From: an uncultured Armatimonadetes bacterium
GTDB taxonomy: Bacteria; Armatimonadota; Hebobacteria; Hebobacterales; Hebobacteraceae
Assembly: GCA_963716175.1 (NCBI GenBank)
Contig: OY970296.1
Location: 1,088,001-1,152,000, forward strand
Length of the DNA: 64,000 nucleotides
Direction: 5' to 3'
In this document: piece by piece, positions 20,988 to 29,898 of the stretch
Layout: each line of letters opens with the position of its first letter
Position numbering within the stretch: the stretch's first letter is position 1
Notes under the pieces: generated by a model
Seen by the model: only the letters and a program-made list of their open reading frames with translations
The model's database searches: none
What the model was told of the DNA's origin: nothing
Position numbers and translations under genes: made by a program

Positions 20988-21866
20988 CTACTTCCCCTTG
21001 GCCGGCTCCCGCACAAACTCCCACTGCCGGTAGATGTTCTGCACCTCCGGGGTCTTCAGCAGCGCCAGCAGCGCCTTCCCGCCTTCAGGGTTCTTCGCCC
21101 CTTTGACCACCGCGCCCTCACACCAGAAGGCGGGGTACAGGTCAGATGGAATGGCGCCCACCAGCTTCAGACCCTTGGGCAGCGAAGGCGGCGCGTCCTT
21201 CACGTGCACCTCCACGGAACACGGGTAGTACGCGATCGCCGCCTCCACCTTCCCCTGGGTCGCCACTTCCTTGCTGTCTGCCGCGAACCGGGGCAGCAGG
21301 ATCTTCTTCTCGATCTGGGGCCAGATCCCGGCCTTCTGGAAGGCCTCCTTGGCGTGCAGTCCCACCGCGTTGTTCGCGGGATCGGGGAGCGCAATCTGCT
21401 TCACCGTCGGCTTGGCCAGATCGGCCATGCTGTTCACGCCGCCCGGGTTCTTCTCCGGCACCACGATCGCCAGCCCGTTCTCCGCAATCTTCTCTCGCGT
21501 GCCGTCCACCAGCAGCCCGGCCTGCTGGAGCTGGTCCATCTCCAGATCACCCATGGACAAGAAGGCATCAGGCTTGGCTTTCCCGTCCAGCACCTTCTTA
21601 GTCATGGTGACGATGTTCTCTTGCTCCCAGTCCAGTGTCACCCCTGGGTGCGCCGCCTCGAACATCTTCGCCACCTGCGAGAAGGGCCCGACTTGCCCGC
21701 ACGGCACCAGGGCATAGACCGTTCCCTTCACCGCCCCGGGTTCCCGTCCCGCCGGCTTCGTCGCCGTGGCCTGGGATGATGGCCGCTGCTGTCCGCAGCC
21801 TGCTGCCAGCCACCCAACTCCGGCTATCGCCGCCGCCAAGATCATCCACCGCTTGATCGCGTTCAC
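20988..21866 (-). CDS. ModA-like ABC substrate-binding lipoprotein
   Basis: Lipobox LAAGC; DAFLS, NxLAIVVP, IALPDP..VGxHA. Confidence 0.75.
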   Translation of the reverse strand: MNAIKRWMILAAAIAGVGWLAAGCGQQRPSSQATATKPAGREPGAVKGTVYALVPCGQVGPFSQVAKMFEAAHPGVTLDWEQENIVTMTKKVLDGKAKPDAFLSMGDLEMDQLQQAGLLVDGTREKIAENGLAIVVPEKNPGGVNSMADLAKPTVKQIALPDPANNAVGLHAKEAFQKAGIWPQIEKKILLPRFAADSKEVATQGKVEAAIAYYPCSVEVHVKDAPPSLPKGLKLVGAIPSDLYPAFWCEGAVVKGAKNPEGGKALLALLKTPEVQNIYRQWEFVREPAKGK

Positions 21867-21979
21867 CGCCTACTCCTTCGGTTCAGTGCCAGTCTCCAGC
21901 TTGGAGGTTACACCGGTATGCTAACAGACCTATGAACAAAATGCGACCTTTTTCGCATCAGCCTCGCTCGGCCGGCCTT

Positions 21980-22007
21980 GGAACTATCACTGCCGCGGCA
22001 TCGTCTA
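21980..22007 (+). promoter_or_regulatory. ECF sigma-type promoter
   Basis: GGAACT-N16-CGTCTA upstream of the DUF4349 gene. Confidence 0.6.
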
Positions 22008-22095
22008 ACCAACAGCCGGCAAGCGTAGCCTACCCCTTGTGTCCGGAGACGGGCAACCAGGGGTGGGGCCGTCATCCGGCAGAGAGGGAAGAACC

Positions 22096-23149
22096 ATGAC
22101 CGCACCCACCAGCGTCGTCCGCAGTCCCCGCGGCCGCCTCTATCTGGCGTTGGGGCTGGCCGGGCTGATCGTGCTGCTGGTAGCCTACTCGATTGGCAAT
22201 AGAGAGCAAGCCGCCAAACAAGCCAACATCGTCCCCGGGGTGGGCGTCATTGACAGCTCGGGCAACGTCGTGCGCGGGCAGTACGGGCGGGCCGCCGGCG
22301 GCATAGGCGGCGGGGGCAAGGGCATGCGCGGGGGAGGCGGAGGCCGGGCCGGCGGAGGCGGGGGGCTGGCCGGTGGCGGCTATGCTCCCGAGCCCTCCCA
22401 GGAGGCTGGGTTTGAACCCCCCGCCTCGTCACCCCCGCCCCAGCCCGCGGCCTGGCCCACCGGCCCCATGCTAATCCGCACCGCCTCCCTTCAGATTCGC
22501 GTGGAGGATGTCGGCAAGGCGCACGCCGAGGTGGTGCGCATCGCGCGGGAGGCCCACGGCTATGTCGCCGACACCACCCTCAGCGCGGAGAGCGGGCCCG
22601 CCTATGCCACCATCACTATCCGCGTCCCCAGCGAAGGCCTGGAAAGCGTGATGGATCGCATCGCGGCCCTGGGCAAGCTGCTCCAGAAGCAGATCAGCGC
22701 GCAGGAAGTGACCGAGGAGTACGTGGACCTGACCTCGCGCCGCCGCAACCTGGAGCGGGAGGAGCAGCGCCTGCTCGATCTGCTCCAGCGCGCGGGTAAG
22801 ATCCGGGAGCTGCTCGATGTGGAGTCAACCCTGGCACGGGTGCGGGGCGAGATCGAGCAGATCGCGGGCCGCATGCGCTATCTGGAGAACCGGGTCAGCC
22901 TGTCCACCATCCGCGTGCAGCTCGAAGGGCCCCAGCCTAAGGTAACGGCCGGCGGCCCGGTCTGGACCGCCTCTGATGTCACCCGGGAGGCGCTCCGCTC
23001 CCTGCTCAACACGGGCCGCGGCCTCGCCACCATGGCCATCTGGCTGGGTATCTACGCCGTCATCTCGGCTGCCGATCCTGCTCGTCCTGGTCTGGCTGGT
23101 TCGGCGGGCCACCTCCCCTCGCGCCAAAGAACCAGCAGCGGGCTCTTGA
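22096..23149 (+). CDS. DUF4349 domain membrane protein (+1 frameshift near 23065)
   Basis: LIRTASLQIRV, IRVP, EVTEEYVDL, IEQIxGRMRYLENRVSLSTI; the C-terminal TM (WLPILLVLVWLVRR) continues in a shifted frame to a stop at 23149; the ORF as read ends at 23268. Confidence 0.8.
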
Positions 23150-23264
23150 CGCGCGCGGGGTCCGTGACCGCCGTCTCACGCTGTGCGTCTCTGTATCTCT
23201 GCGCCCTCGTCGGTAGTGGGTCAACCCGGATCAACTGGCCACCGCCCCAGACCCCGCCTGCTCG

Positions 23265-24461
23265 TTAGCGCACAGCCTTCGCGGGAAGAAGGTCTGCAAG
23301 GAGGCCGAGATTCGCCCTCCATCTGCCCTCGCCGGTAGGTACCACGAGGTCCGCCTTGCGCAGGACGTTGAGGTCACGCGTAACTGTCCTGTCGGTCCTC
23401 TCCCCGTACATCCTCGCCAGCTGGGGCGAGATCGCCTTTATCTCCTTGGTGGTAACGGCTCCCTTTCCGATCAGTGCCAAGGCCACGTCCCGCCGCCGCT
23501 GAGCGACTTTGCCGTGACTGTCATGGAATGTCGAGTATACGAATTGCATCCAAGTCAGATAGTTGACCTGTCCCTGAATCCATAGTAGCTGTTCCTTCAT
23601 GCCATCTACGACTCCTTGGAGTGCGTACCGCAGGAAGTCGAGCGGCCCGGAGCGACCCATCCGCCGCGCTCTATCAAGTTGCTGGTAGTACGCAGACCGC
23701 GTCTGATTATAGTGGTTGCTCAGAAGATGAGCGACCGGCCTAGATACACCGGCTCCGGCCAGGATGTGCACCTCCATCAGCCGGGCCGTACGACCATTGC
23801 CGTCCCCGAATGGGTGAATCCAGGCGACATAGAGGTGTGCAAGCACTGCCTTCAAGAGTGCCTCTGACACAGCATCCAACCCTTGAGGCCAGTCTCGGGG
23901 TGACGCCAGCCAGTCACACAACTTTTCTACCAGAAGAGTGCAGTCCTGGGCCGGCGCTCCAGAATAGCCGCCAGACCCGACAACGCCCACTTCGTGGCTT
24001 CTGATCGCGCCTGGCACAACTTCCTCCGGGAGGTCGAGGCCATCGAGCACCAGCCTGTTATACTCGCACATAATCTGCGTCGTCATGCGGGTATGTCCGT
24101 ACTGGCTCATGAGTACCGGAATCCTAGCGACCGCGCGGTGGATGTTGTCCACCTCCTGACCTAGGTACTCCCGAGACGGCGGCAGCGGCAGTTCCCCGTC
24201 CACGCGCTTTCGCACCTCTTCCTCGGTGAGCGTATTGCCCTCGATAGCGGTTGTGGCGTTTACTCCCTTGGCCAAGTACAGCTTCTCAAGTTCGCGGCGC
24301 ACTGTCGGCATCAGTGGAGTCTGGGCTATGTGTTCGCACTTGGACTGCGCCTCGCCCAGAAGCATCCAGATCATCGGGTCGGCGTCAGCGAACGCGACCT
24401 CGAAGGTGAGGAACGGATGGGAACGGGTGTACGCGCGCACATCTGACATCAACGACGACAT
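23265..24461 (-). CDS. Fic family protein with C-terminal winged HTH
   Basis: TTAIEGN, canonical HPFGDGNGRTAR, C-terminal RTVTRDLNVL. Confidence 0.93.
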   Translation of the reverse strand: MSSLMSDVRAYTRSHPFLTFEVAFADADPMIWMLLGEAQSKCEHIAQTPLMPTVRRELEKLYLAKGVNATTAIEGNTLTEEEVRKRVDGELPLPPSREYLGQEVDNIHRAVARIPVLMSQYGHTRMTTQIMCEYNRLVLDGLDLPEEVVPGAIRSHEVGVVGSGGYSGAPAQDCTLLVEKLCDWLASPRDWPQGLDAVSEALLKAVLAHLYVAWIHPFGDGNGRTARLMEVHILAGAGVSRPVAHLLSNHYNQTRSAYYQQLDRARRMGRSGPLDFLRYALQGVVDGMKEQLLWIQGQVNYLTWMQFVYSTFHDSHGKVAQRRRDVALALIGKGAVTTKEIKAISPQLARMYGERTDRTVTRDLNVLRKADLVVPTGEGRWRANLGLLADLLPAKAVR

Positions 24462-24535
24462 GATGACACCTCCAGCACCGATCAGAAGGCGCTATAGTGG
24501 CTTCTAGTGGGCTGAAAGGCGCTTCTGTCATTTGG

Positions 24536-24587
24536 AGTATGCCATATGACGCACAATATGTCAAGATAAATGTCACGCGAAATGTCG
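24536..24587 (-). promoter_or_regulatory. Fic promoter with repeated operator-like sites
   Basis: Minus strand TTGACA-N17-CATACT; ATGTC(A/G) at 24558, 24570 and 24582. Confidence 0.55.
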
Positions 24588-24699
24588 CGTGCCGTAGACG
24601 AGAGGTCTGGCGAGGCGCAGGCGGGTATCCTGAACCAGATCGCTGAGCGTGTCCAGTACCGCTGTCCATCAGCAGGGACCCATCCACGGCCGATATCTT

Positions 24700-24906
24700 G
24701 ACCGCCCGCATCGGCCTACGGCGCCTCGCCCGCCTGACGAATGCCTTCTCCAAGAAGCTGGAGAACCACTTCTGTGCCGTCTCCCTGCACTTCATGTACT
24801 ACAACTTCGCCAGGGCTCACCAGACGCTGAAACCACGCCTGCCGTCGCAGCGGGTGTCACCGATGACGTCTGGTCAGTCGAGGAAATCGTCAGACTGCTG
24901 CCCTGA
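24700..24906 (+). pseudogene. IS1-family transposase C-terminal fragment
   Basis: RRLARLTNAFSKKLENH..VSLHFMYYNFARAHQTL, then frameshifted TPAVAAGVTDDVWSVEEIV. Confidence 0.85.
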
Positions 24907-24937
24907 AACTGACCCACCACCCAGCTCTCTGTTTGCG

Positions 24938-24966
24938 TTGACTTCCCTCCCTCCCCGTGCTATCAT
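24938..24966 (+). promoter_or_regulatory. Sigma70-type promoter for the LysM gene
   Basis: TTGACT-N17-TATCAT with extended -10 TG. Confidence 0.55.
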
Positions 24967-25059
24967 CTGGCGCTTCCAAGGGGGGTGTCATGGGGAGGCG
25001 GGTGAGGGCCTCCCGACAGGCCAAACACCCCCCGGCCGTGCCGGAAAGGAGCGCCTGCC

Positions 25060-26982
25060 GTGAGAGCTGTCCACCTGCTGCTCACCCTTGTCGTCCTGGC
25101 GTTTGGCGTCGTCCCAGCCCTCGCCGCTGCAGACAGTCCAGCTCCGACCGTCGCCATCACCTCGCCCGCGCCCGGGCTCACCATTGCCGCCGATTCCGTC
25201 TCCATCGCCGCCACCTACTCCGCGCCCGGGAAATCCCAGATCGTCCAGCTCGAGCTGCTCGTTGACGGAACCGTCGTCGAACTGCGCGATCTGGACCCGC
25301 CCCAGGCCTCCGGCTCGGCCTCCTTCGACTGGGCCGCCTCGCGCTATGCTGATGGCTATCACCGCATCGGCCTGCGCGTTACTGACAGTGAGGGCCGCGG
25401 CGCCTCCGCCGCGATTCGCGTGCTGCTTAGCCGCAGCCAGCCGCGCCTCGACTCCGCTGTCCGCGTCACCTCCCCCAAGACCGGTGACACCGTCTCCGGC
25501 ACCACCTCCATCGAGGTGGAGGCCGGGCCTCGGTCTCTGGTCAAGTACGTCATCTTCCTGGTGGACGATGTCTTCAAAGCGATGAGCAATGTCCCGCCCT
25601 TCGCCTACCTCTGGGACACCACCCGGTATCTCAACGGACTCCATCGTCTCCAGGCGAAGGTCTACCTCACCACCGGGGCCGAGCCCCTCTCACCCTCGGT
25701 CGAGGTGCGCGTGGACAACCCGGCCGGCGCCACCACCTTGCAGGCGCCGAAGGCCCTGCCCACCCCGCCGGCGGCCCCCGAGCCGGCCAAGCCGCCCGTG
25801 CGCGCCGCCGAGCCGGTGCTGCCACCACCCATGCACACGGAGAGCGCCTCCACCCCGGCCCGCACCATCGAGGTGGCCAAGGCCGAGGTGGCGACCCCAG
25901 GCACCGCGCCCTTCGTCAGCCCCACTGGAGACCTGATCATGCCGCCGGCCCCGGTGCCCACACCTGTGGGCCCCGCGGCTGCGCCAACGCCGCCGGAAGT
26001 GCCGGTTTCTCCGGCCGCCGCGCCCACGGCCGCCGCGTCGCCGCCGGTTCCGCCGACCCAGTCTCCAGTTGCGGCCGCGCCTCTGCCTGCCGCCCCTGTC
26101 GCGCCGGCCGAGCCCGTGCTAAGCGAGGCGCGCCAGGCAGAGCCTGCACCGACCGCGTTTGCTTTGCTGCCCACACCCACCTCTGAGCCGGCCGTGGCTC
26201 CGGCCCAGGCGCCCGCCGCCCCTGTCCCGGCGGCCGGCCCAGCCGAGGCCGCCCCCGCCCAGCCGCGTGAGCCCGAAGCCTCCCCCACAGTGGTTGCCCT
26301 CTTGCCCACGCCAGCCCCCGAGATCCCCGCGACTCCCGCCCGCACCATCCCAGCCGCGGCCGCGAGTCCGTCGCCCCTGATCGCGGCGGCGGCAGCGGTC
26401 CCGTCCCCATCTCCTGCTCCCGGCCTGGAGCTGGCCATGCTTCCGCCGCGCCCGGCGGAGAAGGCGCCCACTCCCGCAGTGGCGCCTGCGGTGGAGGAGC
26501 CCACCTACATCGTCCAGGCGGGCGATTGCCTCTGGGCGATCGCGGCCGACCACAAGGTGTCTCCGGTCCTGCTGGCGCAGGTCAATGACCTCGCCGATCC
26601 CAGCCTGATCCACCCGGGCCAGCGTCTCAGGATTCCCTCGACCCGCGTGTACTGTGACGGAAAGCCGCTGACGACCGACGTTACGCCGGCGATCACCCAG
26701 GGCCGCGCCATCGTGCCGCTGCGCGCCGTAGTGGAGGGAGCGGGAGGCACCGTGAACTGGCAGCCGGCCGACCGCCGGGCCCAAGCCAGCCTCGGCCCTC
26801 ATCAGCTCGCAGTCACGATCGGCAACGCGGCGGCGAAGGTGAACGGCGAGACGGTGATGATGGGAAAGCCGGCCACTCTCAGCGCCAACCGAACCCTGGT
26901 GCCACTGCGGTTCCTGGGAGACGCCCTCGACCTCGCGCTGCACTACCAGAGCGGCATCATCCGCATCGCAACCAAGCCGTAG
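25060..26982 (+). CDS. Secreted protein: two Ig-like domains, Pro/Ala linker, LysM, copper-amine-oxidase N-terminal (stalk) domain
   Basis: Signal peptide; PFAYLWDTT; YIVQAGDCLWAIA...IHPGQRLRIP; GRAIVPLR, RTLVPLRFL. Confidence 0.85.
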   Translation: MRAVHLLLTLVVLAFGVVPALAAADSPAPTVAITSPAPGLTIAADSVSIAATYSAPGKSQIVQLELLVDGTVVELRDLDPPQASGSASFDWAASRYADGYHRIGLRVTDSEGRGASAAIRVLLSRSQPRLDSAVRVTSPKTGDTVSGTTSIEVEAGPRSLVKYVIFLVDDVFKAMSNVPPFAYLWDTTRYLNGLHRLQAKVYLTTGAEPLSPSVEVRVDNPAGATTLQAPKALPTPPAAPEPAKPPVRAAEPVLPPPMHTESASTPARTIEVAKAEVATPGTAPFVSPTGDLIMPPAPVPTPVGPAAAPTPPEVPVSPAAAPTAAASPPVPPTQSPVAAAPLPAAPVAPAEPVLSEARQAEPAPTAFALLPTPTSEPAVAPAQAPAAPVPAAGPAEAAPAQPREPEASPTVVALLPTPAPEIPATPARTIPAAAASPSPLIAAAAAVPSPSPAPGLELAMLPPRPAEKAPTPAVAPAVEEPTYIVQAGDCLWAIAADHKVSPVLLAQVNDLADPSLIHPGQRLRIPSTRVYCDGKPLTTDVTPAITQGRAIVPLRAVVEGAGGTVNWQPADRRAQASLGPHQLAVTIGNAAAKVNGETVMMGKPATLSANRTLVPLRFLGDALDLALHYQSGIIRIATKP

Positions 26983-27078
26983 GGGCAGCATTCGGTCGCC
27001 ATCGCAGCCGCGATCTCCGCGGGGGGACCTTCGCGCCTGGGCCGGGCGAGCCACCTGCAGCCGCGGGCGGAAAGCCAC

Positions 27079-28611
27079 ATGACAACACCTGCGATCGCTC
27101 TCATCCCACTCGATGATCGGCCCTGCAACCGGCTGTTTCCGCAGCAGTTGGCGGAAGTCGCCGGGGGCGAGGTGCTGCTGCCACCGCGAGAGCAGCTCGG
27201 GTGGTTCACGCGGCCCGGTGACTGCGAGGCGATCGCGGAATGGCTGCAGGCGTGCGCGGCGGAACGGGCGGTGGTAGCGCTGGACATGTGGTGCTACGGC
27301 GGCCTGGTAGCCTCCCGCACTTCGGCGGTTGAGGAAGGGCTGGCGCTGGCGAGGTTGGGGGCGCTGCGAGAGCTGCGGCGTGCCCGGCCCGAGCTGCGCC
27401 TCTTCGCCTTCAGTGTGATCATGCGGCTGGGCACGACCGTGGACTCCCCCGAGGCGCTCGCCGTTCACCAGGCTCTCTTCTCCTACTCGCAGCTGGTGGA
27501 TCGGGTGCAGCGGCTCGGCGATGAGCAGGCGCGGCCGGAGCTGGAGGCGGTGCTCGAGCAGCTCGATGGCGACATCCTGTCCCAGTACCTGGCGGTGCGG
27601 CGGCGCAATCACGGCATCAACCGCGCTGCCATCGGGCTGGTGAGCGAAGGGGTGGTTGACTATCTGGTGCTGGCGCAGGAGGACGCGGCCCCGCTGGGGA
27701 TCCACATCCCGGAGCAGCTCGCCCTGCAGGCCCAGGTGGAAGAGTTTCGGGCGCCGGACCGAGTGGCCATTCACCCGGGCGCGGACGAGGTGGGCCTGGT
27801 GCTGATGGCGCGGCACCACCTGGCCAGCGCAGGCGGCCCGCTGCGAGTGGCGGTGGATTACGCCAGCGGGGCGGGGGGCGAGGTGGTGCCTCAGTTCGAG
27901 TGTCAGCCTCTGCGGGAGACCGTGGAGAGTCAGATCCGCACGGCCGGGGCGCGGCCGGTCCCGGTGGCCGAGGCCGACGCGGTGCTGTTCGCGCACACCC
28001 CCATCCAGACCCAGAGCGATGTCGCAGAGGCTCCCCCCGTAGGCCATTCCCCGATGCTGGCGGCGCAGGCCGAAAGTGTGGTGGAGCGTACGCGAGCGGC
28101 CAGCGAGGCCGGCCTGCCGATGGGCCTGGTGGATGTGGCCTATGCCAATGGGGCGGATCCGGAGCTGATCGCGGCGCTCAGGCGGAGCGGAGGCGCGGAC
28201 CATCTCGCCGCCTTCGCCGCCTGGAACACGGCGGCCAACAGCATTGGCACCGTGGTGAGCCAGCTCTGCCTGGCGGCGGGCGAGGCGACTCCGTCAGGGC
28301 GCGAGGCGGCGGCACGGTTTCTGGCCTGCCGCCTGCTGGATGACTATGGCTATCAATCCTGCGTGCGCCAGCGCGCGGCAGAGCAGGCCGCGGCCCTGGG
28401 CGCTAGCCCGTATCGCCTGGGTGAGGCCTGCGCTCAGGTGGAAGAGTTCGTCCGGCGCGAGCTGAAGCCATTTGCCCATCACATTCACTCCGATCTGCTA
28501 GGCTCAGCGGGGTCGGCGCCACTGGAAGAGGCGGGGGTGTCGCTGCCCTGGCGCCGGGTGTTTGAGGTGGAGATAGAGCTGCCCTCCGGGGCCTCGAAGA
28601 ACCGAGCGTAG
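27079..28611 (+). CDS. DUF4127 family protein
   Basis: IPLDDRPCN, DMxxYGGLVASR, HPGADE, DVAYANGAD, AWNTAANSIG, DDYGYQ. Confidence 0.88.
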   Translation: MTTPAIALIPLDDRPCNRLFPQQLAEVAGGEVLLPPREQLGWFTRPGDCEAIAEWLQACAAERAVVALDMWCYGGLVASRTSAVEEGLALARLGALRELRRARPELRLFAFSVIMRLGTTVDSPEALAVHQALFSYSQLVDRVQRLGDEQARPELEAVLEQLDGDILSQYLAVRRRNHGINRAAIGLVSEGVVDYLVLAQEDAAPLGIHIPEQLALQAQVEEFRAPDRVAIHPGADEVGLVLMARHHLASAGGPLRVAVDYASGAGGEVVPQFECQPLRETVESQIRTAGARPVPVAEADAVLFAHTPIQTQSDVAEAPPVGHSPMLAAQAESVVERTRAASEAGLPMGLVDVAYANGADPELIAALRRSGGADHLAAFAAWNTAANSIGTVVSQLCLAAGEATPSGREAAARFLACRLLDDYGYQSCVRQRAAEQAAALGASPYRLGEACAQVEEFVRRELKPFAHHIHSDLLGSAGSAPLEEAGVSLPWRRVFEVEIELPSGASKNRA

Positions 28612-28790
28612 AGGCGAGCTAGAGCCCGGTCCAGGTCCACCTTCTTGAGCAGGGCCGGATGGGGCCGGCGGGCCTGGTGCCCCTTCTGAAAGCGCCCGTA
28701 GCGGTCGTGAACTGTGACCGAGACGCGATAGCAGGCGTCGGCCAGCTCGCGGTACTTGGCCACCAGACGTGAGAGTACCTCCTCGCTCAT
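28485..28790 (-). CDS. Hypothetical protein
   Basis: SD ggagggcgga; 4-nt overlap with the upstream ORF; 3' part overlaps the DUF4127 gene in antisense. Confidence 0.5.
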   Translation of the reverse strand: MSEEVLSRLVAKYRELADACYRVSVTVHDRYGRFQKGHQARRPHPALLKKVDLDRALARLYARFFEAPEGSSISTSNTRRQGSDTPASSSGADPAEPSRSE

Positions 28791-29134
28791 TCCGCCCTCC
28801 AGGCGCCCACGACCTCAGCGGGAGAGACCGCGATGGAAGCGCGATAGGCTCCGCTCGGACCCTGGACCAGATGCGTGTGGGGCCTGAGCACGCCGTCGCG
28901 GCCGCAGTGCTCGTGCATCAGGCGATGGTAGAGATGGAACTCGTACAGCTCTACCCGCTCCTGAACCCAAGAGAGGGTGAAGGGAGCGGGCCGGTAGAGG
29001 CCGAAGCCACGTCCTTCCTCGATGGCCTCCCAGCACTGCCCCCCATAGGGCAGGCAGCGCTGAGCGCGGCAGACCGCGGCGAGCAGAGTGCGGAAGGTGG
29101 CTTCGTGGAAGACCGGCACCCGCACGATTCTCAC
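28787..29134 (-). CDS. Hypothetical protein
   Basis: GTG start with SD ggaggcagga; plausible codon usage; downstream of a clear promoter. Confidence 0.55.
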   Translation of the reverse strand: MRIVRVPVFHEATFRTLLAAVCRAQRCLPYGGQCWEAIEEGRGFGLYRPAPFTLSWVQERVELYEFHLYHRLMHEHCGRDGVLRPHTHLVQGPSGAYRASIAVSPAEVVGAWRAE

Positions 29135-29255
29135 TCCTGCCTCCAGTCCGCTGGAGACGCAGCGCCTTGCCTCCAGAATGTTACTGTTCTGCGCAAGCCG
29201 ACTAGTATACTGAAAGTCTCTCAAAGTCATGCGGCAAGAAGCTGTCGCTACATCT

Positions 29256-29290
29256 TATATACCAGAATATGTATCTCACGTCAAGAATAT
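29256..29290 (-). promoter_or_regulatory. AT-rich divergent promoter region
   Basis: Minus strand TTGACG-N17-TATATA; direct repeat agaatat at 29264 and 29284. Confidence 0.5.
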
Positions 29291-29430
29291 ACGCCAAAAA
29301 TTTGTGAAATGTGCGCTCCCAGAAGCAAAGGCAGTCGAGGATTGCCGAAGAAGAAGTCTTAGGATGTGGCATGTTTCTCCTAGATGGGCTTGTGCGTATC
29401 GCGACCAGAGATACGGGAGGGGAAGCAACC

Positions 29431-29829
29431 ATGATGGAAGTGAACGTCGGCAGGCGGATTCGAGAGGCACGAGAGGCACTTGGCTTGAGCCAGCAGGAGC
29501 TGGCAGAGCGCGTGGGAGTCAGCCAGCGAGCGATCTCCTATGGGGAGAAACAGGTGTGGGTGAAGCAGTCCACACTGGAGAAGTACGGGAGGGCGCTGGG
29601 ACGGCCGCTCTCCTACTTCCTTCGGCCCTACGATGCCGAGGGTGGAAGCGACACGGGCCTGAGCAGGCACGAGGCGATCCAGCAGGCGTTCGCGGTGGTA
29701 TGCCGCGATCCGGAGTTGGGATTCGGCGCGCGCCCCCATGAGCAGCTCTCCCTGGAGACGAAGAAGGACATCGTGAGGCTCTATGAGCGCTACAAGGGGA
29801 TAAGCCTGCTGCCGCCCGAGGTGGGGTGA
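29431..29829 (+). CDS. XRE-family HTH transcriptional regulator
   Basis: GRRIREAREALGLSQQELAERVGVSQRAIS; SD ggagggg. Confidence 0.9.
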   Translation: MMEVNVGRRIREAREALGLSQQELAERVGVSQRAISYGEKQVWVKQSTLEKYGRALGRPLSYFLRPYDAEGGSDTGLSRHEAIQQAFAVVCRDPELGFGARPHEQLSLETKKDIVRLYERYKGISLLPPEVG

Positions 29830-29898
29830 GCAGGGCTTCCCAAGCCCCGTAGGGGAGGCCCTCAGCGGGCCCCCGACCTCTCATGAAAGGAGCCACTC

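Larger units (their letters stand above)
23212..24921. mobile_element. Degenerate IS1-family-derived unit carrying a Fic gene
   Basis: Inverted ends ggtagtgggtca (23212) and tgacccaccacc (24910), 11/12 match; transposase C-terminal remnant inside; no target duplication seen. Confidence 0.55.

Noticed and set aside
23055-23268. DUF4349 gene truncated by the neighbouring element
   Set aside because: Removing one base near 23065 restores a normal TM tail ending at 23149, before the element begins
25740-26500. Pro/Ala low-complexity tract
   Set aside because: Ordinary cell-wall-spanning linker
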